Origin: Alphaproteobacteria bacterium
GTDB lineage: Bacteria > Pseudomonadota > Alphaproteobacteria > CAAHEQ01 > UBA3637
NCBI GenBank assembly: GCA_045605805.1
Contig: JAZUQR010000008.1
Span: forward strand, 35,932-67,931
DNA length: 32,000 nt
Reading direction: 5' to 3'
Shown piece by piece: positions 22,876-31,965 of the stretch (positions are counted from its first letter, which is position 1; every line of letters starts with the position of its first letter). Below the pieces are notes generated by a model. That model saw only the letters and a program-made list of their open reading frames with translations. It was not told the origin of the DNA and made no database searches. A program made the translations under genes and the position numbers.

Positions 22876-25800
22876 TTACACCGTTTTCTTAAATTCCTGC
22901 CAATTTCTGACCGGCTGTTCGGAGTAGATAACATTATCAAGAGCTTTGAAGTGCTGTGCGCCGCAATGAATCTTTTGTTGTTCTTCCGGTCGCAGGCCAT
23001 AGAACGAATCAGTTCCTTTGGTTTCAAGCACGAAATAAAGTTTCTGTTCGCCATTTTTCTCTAAATATACGGCCCAGTCCGGATTATAGGTTCCAATAGG
23101 TGTATCAATCTTAAACCGGCTTGGAATTTTAAAGAACATTTTAACGTCAGGATCCTCATCCAAAGCCACGGCAAACGGCTTTTCAACCGTGCTACTGTCA
23201 TAAATAACATAGTCATAAACGCTGTTTTTAACCGCGACAGCATTACGATCGAGGTTAGCAATCAATTCTTCACTCGAGAAAATCTCTTGCACGGCATATT
23301 CTTCGCCGGCCAATTTAATATACTTAATTCCATCAATGGCCAATGCATGGCGATTGCGCTGGATGATCTCCAAAACCTTTTCGTAAAAGTCTTGTGGGTT
23401 CTTCAAAAAGTCTCCGGCCCGGCTGCTTTCTTGAATGATTTTATTCACGGTCGAACGTTTCAGCAATGTTTTGGTAGAGATTAAACGCAAAATATCCGGC
23501 AGAACATCATAGCTCTTTTCCAGGTTTTGGGTAAACATCGCACCGGCTTGGGCGGTTACGCCTGACTTTTGAATATCAACCGAGGCTGTCTGACTGAGTA
23601 AACGGGCCGAAGCAATCTCCGGCATCTTACGAATATCCTTGATACTGTCGGCGATCAGTTTATCTAAATCAAACTGGACCCGATAAGTGGTCTTTTGCTT
23701 AATTTTATTCCACAACTCCATAAATTCCGGTGATAATAGCGCACGTTTATTGAGTTTTACCGTTACATCCTTGGAAGCATCGCGGATGTTGAGCTTATTA
23801 TCAGCCTTGTTCATGGACTGCAAAATTGCACGTTGCGCGGCTTTTGACCAACGCTCACTTAAATTGAGTGTACCGGCCGCAAGCTGTGCCTTCATGGTGT
23901 CTTTAATCTTGTTCTTGCTGTCAATAACCTTTTTATCTTTCAGCTCATCCATAATCGCGGCCGCTTCCTCATACGAGAAGGTCTTTTTCTCAACAACAGT
24001 TTCTTTATATGTTGTATTAGCAAGCGCGGCAACCGACACCGGCTTTGAAGTTTTGATCATATCTTGAACATGTGTTTTTACAGGTTCAGGCATGGGGATA
24101 TTTTCGATTTTAATTTCTTCCGGCTTAACTTCCGGTTTAATGTAGCCACCATCATCAATTAAGCCATATTTTTGTAAATCTTCAACAATAGCGGTGGCCT
24201 CGCTTTCGCTGACTCTACGTTCAACTTCTACTTCTTCATCGTAAGAATAGCCGACAAGCATATCCAACTCGAAAACGCCAAATTTAACACCGGTTTCATC
24301 TTCAATTTCTTTCTGTAATTTATCGGCAAACTCGGCAAAACTTTCGTTGGCGATAACGTGCAAAACATTGATGTTCTTATCCTCAATCCGTTCTCCGTCC
24401 TGATTAACGCAAAGTCTTAAGCCACGACCGATTTTTTGACGGCAGGTAAACAGCGATTTTTGCTCGATCAGCGTGCAAACTTGGAAGACATTCGGATTAT
24501 CCCAACCTTCTTTTAAGGCAGAGTGCGAGAAAATAAAGCGGAGCGGACATTCAAACGACAACAGCCACTCTTTATCTTTCATGATGGTATTGTAGGTGTC
24601 GTCATCAGCCTGCGTATCGCCTTTGGTATCCTTATATTTACCTTTTTTATCTTGGGAGAAGTAACCGTTGTGTGCTTTGTTTACGTCTGTATCGAACTTG
24701 GTTTTTAGCTCAGCGTAACGTGGTTTATTGATCAGTTCGTTATAGCATTCTTCGAACATTTTGGCATAAATACCTTTGCCGCCATCCTCAGTGCGGTATT
24801 TTTTAACCTCATCAATAAAGAACAGGGACAACACCTTAATTCCCATATCAAAATAGCGTAATTCCTTATCTAAATGGGTTTTAATGGTCTGATAAATTTG
24901 CGCACGTTTCAAAACTTTTTCATCAACGCTACCGATGGCTTTACCCAGGGCAACATATTCCGAGTTTGCAAATTCCACACCCTCAAGGCCTGATGTACAA
25001 TCAATCCCTGAAACAACATAGCCTTCATAAATTTTGCGATGGCCGGATTTGATAAACAGATCATCGTCCGGTTTAACCGTTATAACTTTACGCGTAATAT
25101 GAGCGTTGTCGTCTTCCACATCAATTTCCAGTTTGGCCGAAAAGCCGTTGGCGTTTGAAACGTTCTTTAAGGCGATATAGGGTTTGTTTGAATCATTGAT
25201 AACTGAATTTGAAATAACGCAAATCTGTTTTACTAATCCCAGTTGATACGCATCAACTGGTGTTAAACGATAGACAAGATTCTGCTTTTCGCGGTGGGTA
25301 GCGGAATAACGCAACACGCACAGCGGATTAAGCATCGCGATGGCTTCCTTTGCCTTTGGCGTATTATCAACACTTTGCGGTTCGTCAATAATCACAACCG
25401 GATTTGTGTCCTGAATATAGCGCATAGCGGTTTCGCCGTTCAGTTTATCTTGCTCTTGATTGATAATGTTTTCGGCCTTTTTGAAAGCATCGATGTTGAT
25501 GATCATGATTTCAATGTTGCTGGAAGTTGCAAAGGCTCGCACATCAGAGAGCTTGGCCGAATTATAAATAAAGTAGCGGTACGGCACACCGTCATATTGA
25601 TTTTTGAAATACTCTTCCGTAACCTGAAACGACTTGTTTACACCTTCGCGAATTGCTACACTCGGTACAACAATGATGAACTTTGTAAAACCGTAGCGGT
25701 GGTTAAGCTCCAAAATTGTTTTTGTATAAACGAAAGTTTTGCCGGTTCCGGTTTCCATTTCAATTGAAAGCGGCACCGCCTTTATGCCGTCAATGTTGGT

Positions 25801-26034
25801 TTGCGGCAGAGAATGAGCCTTTTGGATTGCATGAAGATTGTTGTTTATTGTCTCTTCATCCAACAGCAACTTGTTACCGAACCCAAATTCATTTTGCAGG
25901 AAAGAAGCCTGCGCGGAGTTATCGGCGATTGAAAAAGTCATGTTGGCTTTTTCTTGGCCCTTGAATAACTCAACCGCCGCATTCGTGGCATCAGTTTGAA
26001 ATTCTTGATTCTTAAACTTTAGTTTCATGCTCAT
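22876..26034 (-). CDS. res: Type III restriction enzyme, Res subunit
   Basis: 1052 aa. METGTGKT (Walker A), IIDEPQ (DEAH-like), helicase-C motifs, and a C-terminal PD-(D/E)xK nuclease signature (YNPDW...VLETKG). Confidence 0.85.
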   Translation of the reverse strand: MSMKLKFKNQEFQTDATNAAVELFKGQEKANMTFSIADNSAQASFLQNEFGFGNKLLLDEETINNNLHAIQKAHSLPQTNIDGIKAVPLSIEMETGTGKTFVYTKTILELNHRYGFTKFIIVVPSVAIREGVNKSFQVTEEYFKNQYDGVPYRYFIYNSAKLSDVRAFATSSNIEIMIINIDAFKKAENIINQEQDKLNGETAMRYIQDTNPVVIIDEPQSVDNTPKAKEAIAMLNPLCVLRYSATHREKQNLVYRLTPVDAYQLGLVKQICVISNSVINDSNKPYIALKNVSNANGFSAKLEIDVEDDNAHITRKVITVKPDDDLFIKSGHRKIYEGYVVSGIDCTSGLEGVEFANSEYVALGKAIGSVDEKVLKRAQIYQTIKTHLDKELRYFDMGIKVLSLFFIDEVKKYRTEDGGKGIYAKMFEECYNELINKPRYAELKTKFDTDVNKAHNGYFSQDKKGKYKDTKGDTQADDDTYNTIMKDKEWLLSFECPLRFIFSHSALKEGWDNPNVFQVCTLIEQKSLFTCRQKIGRGLRLCVNQDGERIEDKNINVLHVIANESFAEFADKLQKEIEDETGVKFGVFELDMLVGYSYDEEVEVERRVSESEATAIVEDLQKYGLIDDGGYIKPEVKPEEIKIENIPMPEPVKTHVQDMIKTSKPVSVAALANTTYKETVVEKKTFSYEEAAAIMDELKDKKVIDSKNKIKDTMKAQLAAGTLNLSERWSKAAQRAILQSMNKADNKLNIRDASKDVTVKLNKRALLSPEFMELWNKIKQKTTYRVQFDLDKLIADSIKDIRKMPEIASARLLSQTASVDIQKSGVTAQAGAMFTQNLEKSYDVLPDILRLISTKTLLKRSTVNKIIQESSRAGDFLKNPQDFYEKVLEIIQRNRHALAIDGIKYIKLAGEEYAVQEIFSSEELIANLDRNAVAVKNSVYDYVIYDSSTVEKPFAVALDEDPDVKMFFKIPSRFKIDTPIGTYNPDWAVYLEKNGEQKLYFVLETKGTDSFYGLRPEEQQKIHCGAQHFKALDNVIYSEQPVRNWQEFKKTV

Positions 26035-26726
26035 TTACCTATTTTATAAATTACATATTTAATTTCAGGATTCGAAAACTGCTCCTTAAAGAAAGATTCC
26101 ATTTTCTTGTCATTATTCACAACTTCTTTAGGCAATTGATTAAAATTTAATATTGTTTTATCCATCATGCCTACATCATTTATCAGAATACGATGACGCT
26201 TGTCTTCGTTCTTATTCCAGTAGAGGATCGCATACCTTATGGAGCCGGAAATAACCTCATTATCAAACGTAACGCTGTGCGTTGTAATGGTTTCCAACTT
26301 TTTCTTTTTTTTGATTTTACCAGTAAACGGGATAAAAATCGTCTTTTCGGGAGTTTGAACTCTAAAATATATGTCTTTATGCATAGGGATTTCAGGCTCA
26401 TAGGAGTATCTTTTCCCCATAATGTTATATGCATGAAAAGGTTCCAACAAAAATGGCTCATCAAAAGTTTTTAGTGTCATTAGGTATTTATTGTTGAATA
26501 CGACAGAGATGGCCGTAATCGTTTTCGGAGAGAGCGTTTTATTGAATATCGTGCAATGTAAACCACTCCCTTCAAAAGAATTATGATTTTCTCCGAAAGA
26601 TGTGATTTTAAGATTTTTTGAAAAGTGGTAAAGCCAAAAGCCATAAGCAGTTAAAACAAATATCCCCAAATTACCAAGGATGGATGCTACTTTCTCAACA
26701 GTTTCCAAATTCAAAAAATCACACAT
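26031..26726 (-). CDS. Hypothetical membrane-anchored protein inserted between mod and res
   Basis: 231 aa with an N-terminal TM segment (LGNLGIFVLTAYGFWLY). It has its own RBS (GAGGTGGA) and an ATGA overlap with the res start. It looks A+T-rich by eye. No recognisable motif. Confidence 0.55.
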   Translation of the reverse strand: MCDFLNLETVEKVASILGNLGIFVLTAYGFWLYHFSKNLKITSFGENHNSFEGSGLHCTIFNKTLSPKTITAISVVFNNKYLMTLKTFDEPFLLEPFHAYNIMGKRYSYEPEIPMHKDIYFRVQTPEKTIFIPFTGKIKKKKKLETITTHSVTFDNEVISGSIRYAILYWNKNEDKRHRILINDVGMMDKTILNFNQLPKEVVNNDKKMESFFKEQFSNPEIKYVIYKIGK

Positions 26727-26735
26727 CGTCCACCT

Positions 26736-28601
26736 CTACAGCAACATAATTTCCACGCCACTGTCTTTGCTTATGTAATAAGCGTTGGATAGGGCCACAT
26801 CATCTTTGAACGCTTCTTCAGCCGCGACAATTTTAGCCGGCGATAATTCGCACATCGCGGTTACGTCTTCCGGTGTGATACCGCCATTTGAACCGTCCAG
26901 GCAAACAAGAACCAAGCCTTCTTCGCCAATGGAATAAACTTTGCGGCCGTTCAAATTATTTTCTGTAACCTTATAAGTCTCCGGAATACCAAGCTTCAGC
27001 ATAACTTCATAAACCACATCTAATTCGGAGCGGTCAATTTTAAGACTCTTTATCATTGTATCGAAGCGTTCTTTCAAAATCTCTGTCTCGGAGCTTTCCA
27101 GCGGTGTATCATCCCACTTAACCAAATTTGATGTATCCAGTTTCAAAACCTTAAAGCCAACATCCACATCGGCGTTTTGCTCTTTGATTTTTGCACCGGC
27201 GCGGCGGATACGCTCTTTACCGATTTCACAAATGTTTTTATATCCGGCTTTGAAAGCTTCTGACTTTTCGTCCGTCAGTTCAGGTAACTGCACCATAATA
27301 AATTGACGTTTGCCTCCATCTTCTGCGTTGAGTTGCATAACCGCATGGGCGGTGGTGGCCGAACCCGAGAAGAAGTCAAGAACAATGTCGCCATCAGACA
27401 CTTTTGACATTAAAATTAGGTCATTTACGAGATTGACTGGTTTTGCATAATCAAAATATGATTTTTCAATTTGAAATAATTTTTTAATTTCTTCAGTACC
27501 CTTTGCATTTATGTATTCGTCTTTGAATATTGATATAAATTGTTTTTCTCGATTTGAATCATCGCGGATTTTTTCGTAAACAATGTAAGTACCATCGGAG
27601 CGTTTTTCAAAGATTACATCTCCCTCGCTGACTTTCTTATGCATCTTTTCTTTACCTAAACGCCAACGACCCTCTGTCCCATCATTTCGAATAGGATATA
27701 CATCTTCGCCATTCGGACCTTTTATAGGAAAATACATAGATGGAGAATCTTCTCGTCTTGAACCTGCGCCCCATTTGTTTAATTCGCGACCTTTCGCATA
27801 TGCACCTTTTTCATCTTGAAGATTTAGCGTCCTACCTTCTACCTCTACACCACCAAATTCAACATCATTTATATTCTTAGAGTAGATGAGAACATAATCG
27901 TGCGTAACTCTGATGTATTTAGATTGACTGCCACCTTTAATGGCTTCTCGTGTAATTTGCGCAATAAAGTTTTCTTCTCCGAATACCTCATTACAAATTT
28001 TCTTTAGGTTATCCACCTCGTTATCATCAATGCTGATGAAAATAACGCCATCGTCACGGAGCAAGTTGGCGGCCAAACGTAACCGCGGATACATCATGTT
28101 CAGCCAGTTGGTGTGATAACGTCCCATTGTTTCAGGATTAGACTTGGTGGTTTGGCTGGTAATTTCTTTATATTTTGCAAGCGGATCTTTGAAGTCATCT
28201 TCATAAACAAAGTCATTACCGGTATTATACGGCGGATCAATGTAAATCATCTTAACTTTGCGATAATAAGCCGTTTGCAACAGCTTTAATACTTCTAAAT
28301 TGTCGCCCTCAATATACAGATTATTGGTATTTTCAAAGTCCACACTTTCTTCAACACACGGGCGGAGTGTACCTGTAGAACGTTTTCCGGCGATACGCAG
28401 GCACTCTGATTTGCCTTTCCATTCAAACTTGTACTTTTCAAAGTCATTGTCGATATATTCGCCACATAGTGACAACAGTTTATCAATATCCAGCTTGCCC
28501 TCAACAAAACATTGCGGGAAGACGGCTTTTAAGCGTTCCTTATCAGTTTCTGCCACATCCAAACTCTTGCCGTCTAATTTCTTAATATTAAGTTCTTGCA
28601 T
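26736..28601 (-). CDS. mod: Type III DNA methyltransferase, Mod subunit (N6-adenine, beta class)
   Basis: Motif IV is IYIDPPYNTGNDFVY. AdoMet motif I is DFFSGSATT. The motif order (IV before I) and the 621-aa length are typical of Type III Mod proteins. Confidence 0.85.
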   Translation of the reverse strand: MQELNIKKLDGKSLDVAETDKERLKAVFPQCFVEGKLDIDKLLSLCGEYIDNDFEKYKFEWKGKSECLRIAGKRSTGTLRPCVEESVDFENTNNLYIEGDNLEVLKLLQTAYYRKVKMIYIDPPYNTGNDFVYEDDFKDPLAKYKEITSQTTKSNPETMGRYHTNWLNMMYPRLRLAANLLRDDGVIFISIDDNEVDNLKKICNEVFGEENFIAQITREAIKGGSQSKYIRVTHDYVLIYSKNINDVEFGGVEVEGRTLNLQDEKGAYAKGRELNKWGAGSRREDSPSMYFPIKGPNGEDVYPIRNDGTEGRWRLGKEKMHKKVSEGDVIFEKRSDGTYIVYEKIRDDSNREKQFISIFKDEYINAKGTEEIKKLFQIEKSYFDYAKPVNLVNDLILMSKVSDGDIVLDFFSGSATTAHAVMQLNAEDGGKRQFIMVQLPELTDEKSEAFKAGYKNICEIGKERIRRAGAKIKEQNADVDVGFKVLKLDTSNLVKWDDTPLESSETEILKERFDTMIKSLKIDRSELDVVYEVMLKLGIPETYKVTENNLNGRKVYSIGEEGLVLVCLDGSNGGITPEDVTAMCELSPAKIVAAEEAFKDDVALSNAYYISKDSGVEIMLL

Positions 28602-28815
28602 AAAGTGCTCCGTTTTTTTGAATTTTACATGGCTATTAAAATACCCAAATCGTTAAATAATTGCAAGGGAAATGAAAAAATTTCCTTATTTTTTTGAATC
28701 CGAAAGGCTTGGTGTGGTTGAATTTGGTAAAAAATCAGATACTACCATCAGGACTTGAAAAAATTTTTTATAACATGTATCATCATGAAGAATTTACTTT
28801 TTAACAGGACACAAA

Positions 28816-29004
28816 ATGAAATACGACAGCAATAAATTATACATCATCATTGATGAAGAGTATCGCGATACTTTTGAAGACAAGGTTGTGGAATTTTTAA
28901 ATAAAGGTTATTTGCCTCTCGGAGGTGTTTCAACTTATATTAATGAAGACGGGGCCATTCATTATTGCCAAGCTCTTTTGCAATCAGAAAAAGAGAAAAG
29001 TTAA
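28816..29004 (+). CDS. Small hypothetical protein (DUF1737-like)
   Basis: 62 aa. The pattern ...FLNKGYLPLGGVS......HYCQAL resembles the DUF1737 pattern as I remember it. Divergent from the mod promoter region. Confidence 0.4.
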   Translation: MKYDSNKLYIIIDEEYRDTFEDKVVEFLNKGYLPLGGVSTYINEDGAIHYCQALLQSEKEKS

Positions 29005-29162
29005 TTAATCGTTATTTCTCAATGGATTAAGGGTATTTTCCAACTCAATGTCAACCTCTCTTGAGCAGATTAGAAACACAAGAGCAATAAAATTGTATGT
29101 AAAACATTTCAAATCAATGAGTTAAGAACGAAGCGGCACTTTTTGTTTGGCAGATATGGTTC

Positions 29163-29201
29163 GGTATACTTTTAGGGTATAGGTATACTTTTTAAAGGGT
29201 A
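29163..29201 (+). repeat. Tandem direct repeats GGTATACTTTT(T)A(AA)GGGTA
   Basis: Units at 29163-29181 and 29182-29201. Related TTTTAGGTAT and GAGGGTATAG copies occur at 29294-29303 and 29272-29281. The region is non-coding and lies next to the tRNA 3' end. Confidence 0.7.
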
Positions 29202-29280
29202 ACAATCAAATTGACAGACACGGCGTGCAAAATTCCAAAAGCGGGAATAGTGGCTAGAACTGGGCTTTAAGAGGGTATAG

Positions 29281-29318
29281 AAAAAACGGACACTTTTAGG
29301 TATCCGTTTTTATTTTTT
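29281..29318. terminator. Bidirectional terminator-like hairpin downstream of the tRNA
   Basis: ACGGA (29286-90) / TCCGT (29303-07), flanked by an A6 run on one side and a T-rich run on the other. Confidence 0.45.
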
Positions 29319-29323
29319 AATAC

Positions 29324-29400
29324 TGGTCGGAGCGGCGGGATTTGAACCCACGACCACTTGCCCCCCAGACAAGTGCGCTACCAGGCTGCGCTACGCTCCG
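29324..29400 (-). tRNA. tRNA-Pro (anticodon GGG), CCA encoded
   Basis: The reverse complement reads CGGAGCGTAGCGCAGCCTGGTAGCGCACTTGTCTGGGGGGCAAGTGGTCGTGGGTTCAAATCCCGCCGCTCCGACCA. It folds into a cloverleaf with a 7-bp acceptor stem, GGTTCAAAT in the T-loop, and anticodon loop CU-GGG-GG. Confidence 0.9.
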
Positions 29401-29409
29401 ATAGCAACT

Positions 29410-29438
29410 ATAATACTTATTTTTGTGGTAAATTGCAA
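29410..29438 (-). promoter_or_regulatory. Promoter of tRNA-Pro
   Basis: On the minus strand: TTGCAA (29433-38), a 17-nt spacer, TATTAT (29410-15), then 9 nt to the mature 5' end. Confidence 0.6.
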
Positions 29439-29479
29439 GTACTTTTTTTAAGTGTTGCCTCTATTGTATTAAAAAAATG

Positions 29480-29507
29480 TTGACAAAAAATCTTTTTCTG
29501 ATATAAT
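29480..29507 (+). promoter_or_regulatory. Near-consensus sigma70 promoter with extended -10
   Basis: TTGACA (29480-85), a 16-nt spacer ending in TGa, then TATAAT (29502-07). Confidence 0.7.
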
Positions 29508-29532
29508 TTATTTGTTGTTTTAGGAGATAGAG

Positions 29533-29778
29533 ATGCGTCAAAACTTTCACTCTTGCAAAAGTAAAAGAAATGAGAATCTTGTTGATTTAAGCCTTGTGCT
29601 TGCTTTGTTGGCTTTGGGGATGGTGTTATCTGGTTGGAGTACTGGTCAAGCCATATACAGAAGATATTCTGCTTCCAAAAATATTCAAGATTCTTGCCAA
29701 AAAAATCTTAAAAAAACAAGTTCTGATTCTTTGAAATCCGATTGTTTTTTGTATCATTATAAACATAACCAAAAATAA
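29533..29778 (+). CDS. Small hypothetical membrane protein
   Basis: 81 aa, RBS AGGAGA, one TM segment (LSLVLALLALGMVL). Lies downstream of the consensus promoter. Confidence 0.5.
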   Translation: MRQNFHSCKSKRNENLVDLSLVLALLALGMVLSGWSTGQAIYRRYSASKNIQDSCQKNLKKTSSDSLKSDCFLYHYKHNQK

Positions 29779-29787
29779 GGAGAAAAT

Positions 29788-30102
29788 ATGTCTAAACAAA
29801 ATGATAATCAAATTAAAAAAGACGAATACCCTAAAAAGAAAGACTGGTTGGGATTTTCTGAAATTCGTCCGGGGCTTTATCAATCAGATGTGGATCCGGA
29901 AATGATTTTAACAGGCTCTCAATATAATGGGATGGTTATTGGTGGTTTAGGGGCTTTAATAGCTCTTGGTGTATGGTTGGCTGGTGGAATCAAAGCGGTT
30001 AAGTATGTTTTTGCTCCGCCAAAAGCCCCTGCCATTCAACAACAAGTGCCTGAAAATCCGGCTGTGACCAATAAAATGCACATTATTTCAAAAGAAAGAT
30101 AA
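29788..30102 (+). CDS. Small hypothetical membrane protein
   Basis: 104 aa, RBS AAGGAGAA, one TM segment (MVIGGLGALIALGVWLAGG). Confidence 0.55.
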   Translation: MSKQNDNQIKKDEYPKKKDWLGFSEIRPGLYQSDVDPEMILTGSQYNGMVIGGLGALIALGVWLAGGIKAVKYVFAPPKAPAIQQQVPENPAVTNKMHIISKER

Positions 30103-30108
30103 AAATAC

Positions 30109-30137
30109 TTGACAAATAGTTAAAAAAGTGTTAATAT
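30109..30137 (+). promoter_or_regulatory. Near-consensus sigma70 promoter with extended -10
   Basis: TTGACA (30109-14), a 17-nt spacer ending in TGt, then TAATAT (30132-37). Confidence 0.65.
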
Positions 30138-30143
30138 CTTGTT

Positions 30144-30257
30144 GGAGTGACAAAGAGGCTTGTTGTGTAATACTCCTCAACCTTGCAAACAAGTTTGGAT
30201 TTTCCCCCTTCTTTTTGTTGCTCCTCCTTTTCTCCCACCAGAAATGGTGGGTTTTTT
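30144..30257 (+). ncRNA. Candidate ~115-nt small RNA or leader with a C/U-rich tract
   Basis: It is bounded by the 30109 promoter and the 30234 terminator and contains no ORF. It carries a pyrimidine tract, CCCCCTTCTTTTTGTTGCTCCTCCTTTTCTCCC, at 30204-30236. Confidence 0.45.
30234..30257 (+). terminator. Rho-independent terminator
   Basis: CCCACCA-GAAA-TGGTGGG, followed by TTTTTT. Confidence 0.75.
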
Positions 30258-30313
30258 GTTGACAGAAGGGTCTTTATGTGATAAAACCTTTTCTATAATG
30301 AAAGGATTGTATT

Positions 30314-30841
30314 ATGTTCAGAAAAATTGAAAATGGGCGGACTTTGCTGGAAATGATTGGTGTGATTACCATGATTGGGGTTTTGACGGTGGGTGGTACT
30401 TCGTTATACACCCAAGCGATGGCAAAGGTTAGATTGAATAATCTTTTAGAGGAAGTGCGCAAACGGGCTTTGGTGGCGGACCGAAAAACAAGCAGCAGAT
30501 ATACATATGGGATGTTTAATGCCCAAGGCGGCGGTGCAAAGAGTGTGACTTCTTATGGGTATGGTATTGGGGACAATAACTCTGGAGTCAACCGTTCAGA
30601 TGGTACCGTGAAAGTTTGGGTTGGACAACTTGAAGGGACAGGCGGAAAACCTTTGGATCCTGCGGTTTGTGAGGCTTTATTGGCTTCTGTGGCTGAGGGG
30701 GATGAGATTAAAACGGGCAGTGTTGTGGGCGTTTATAAAGACAACTGTATGACTAAACTGACTGCTTGTCGGTCGGAAGATGATGAGGGTGAGATGGTGA
30801 ATGAGGTTCCGGATGTTGTGTGTATAGAAATTAAATCGTAA
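30314..30841 (+). CDS. Prepilin-type (type IV pilin / pseudopilin-like) protein
   Basis: The N-terminus is MFRKIENG|RTLLEMIGVITMIGVLTVGG. It has a short basic leader, a Gly, a Glu at +5, and then a hydrophobic helix. Confidence 0.65.
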   Translation: MFRKIENGRTLLEMIGVITMIGVLTVGGTSLYTQAMAKVRLNNLLEEVRKRALVADRKTSSRYTYGMFNAQGGGAKSVTSYGYGIGDNNSGVNRSDGTVKVWVGQLEGTGGKPLDPAVCEALLASVAEGDEIKTGSVVGVYKDNCMTKLTACRSEDDEGEMVNEVPDVVCIEIKS

Positions 30842-30909
30842 AAAAATGCAAAAAATACTTGTATTTTGTTTTGCTTTGGTGTATGAATAAGATAATAACA
30901 GAAAGGTGA

Positions 30910-31965
<1,056 letters not shown>

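Noticed and set aside
21200-25964. Plus-strand ORFs inside the helicase and res genes (for example 21200-21574, 21623-21988, 22298-22630, 23687-24067, 25294-25767)
   Set aside because: They are antisense to long ORFs that carry unambiguous helicase and nuclease motifs. Their compositionally odd translations and lack of RBSs point to shadow ORFs.
14474-28708. A 15-nt exact match, TTTGAATCCGAAAGG, at about 14474 (just upstream of the TR) and about 28694 (the mod promoter region)
   Set aside because: By rough estimate, a single 15-mer coincidence between two sites in 32 kb, counting both strands, is expected about once by chance. No extended homology flanks either copy.
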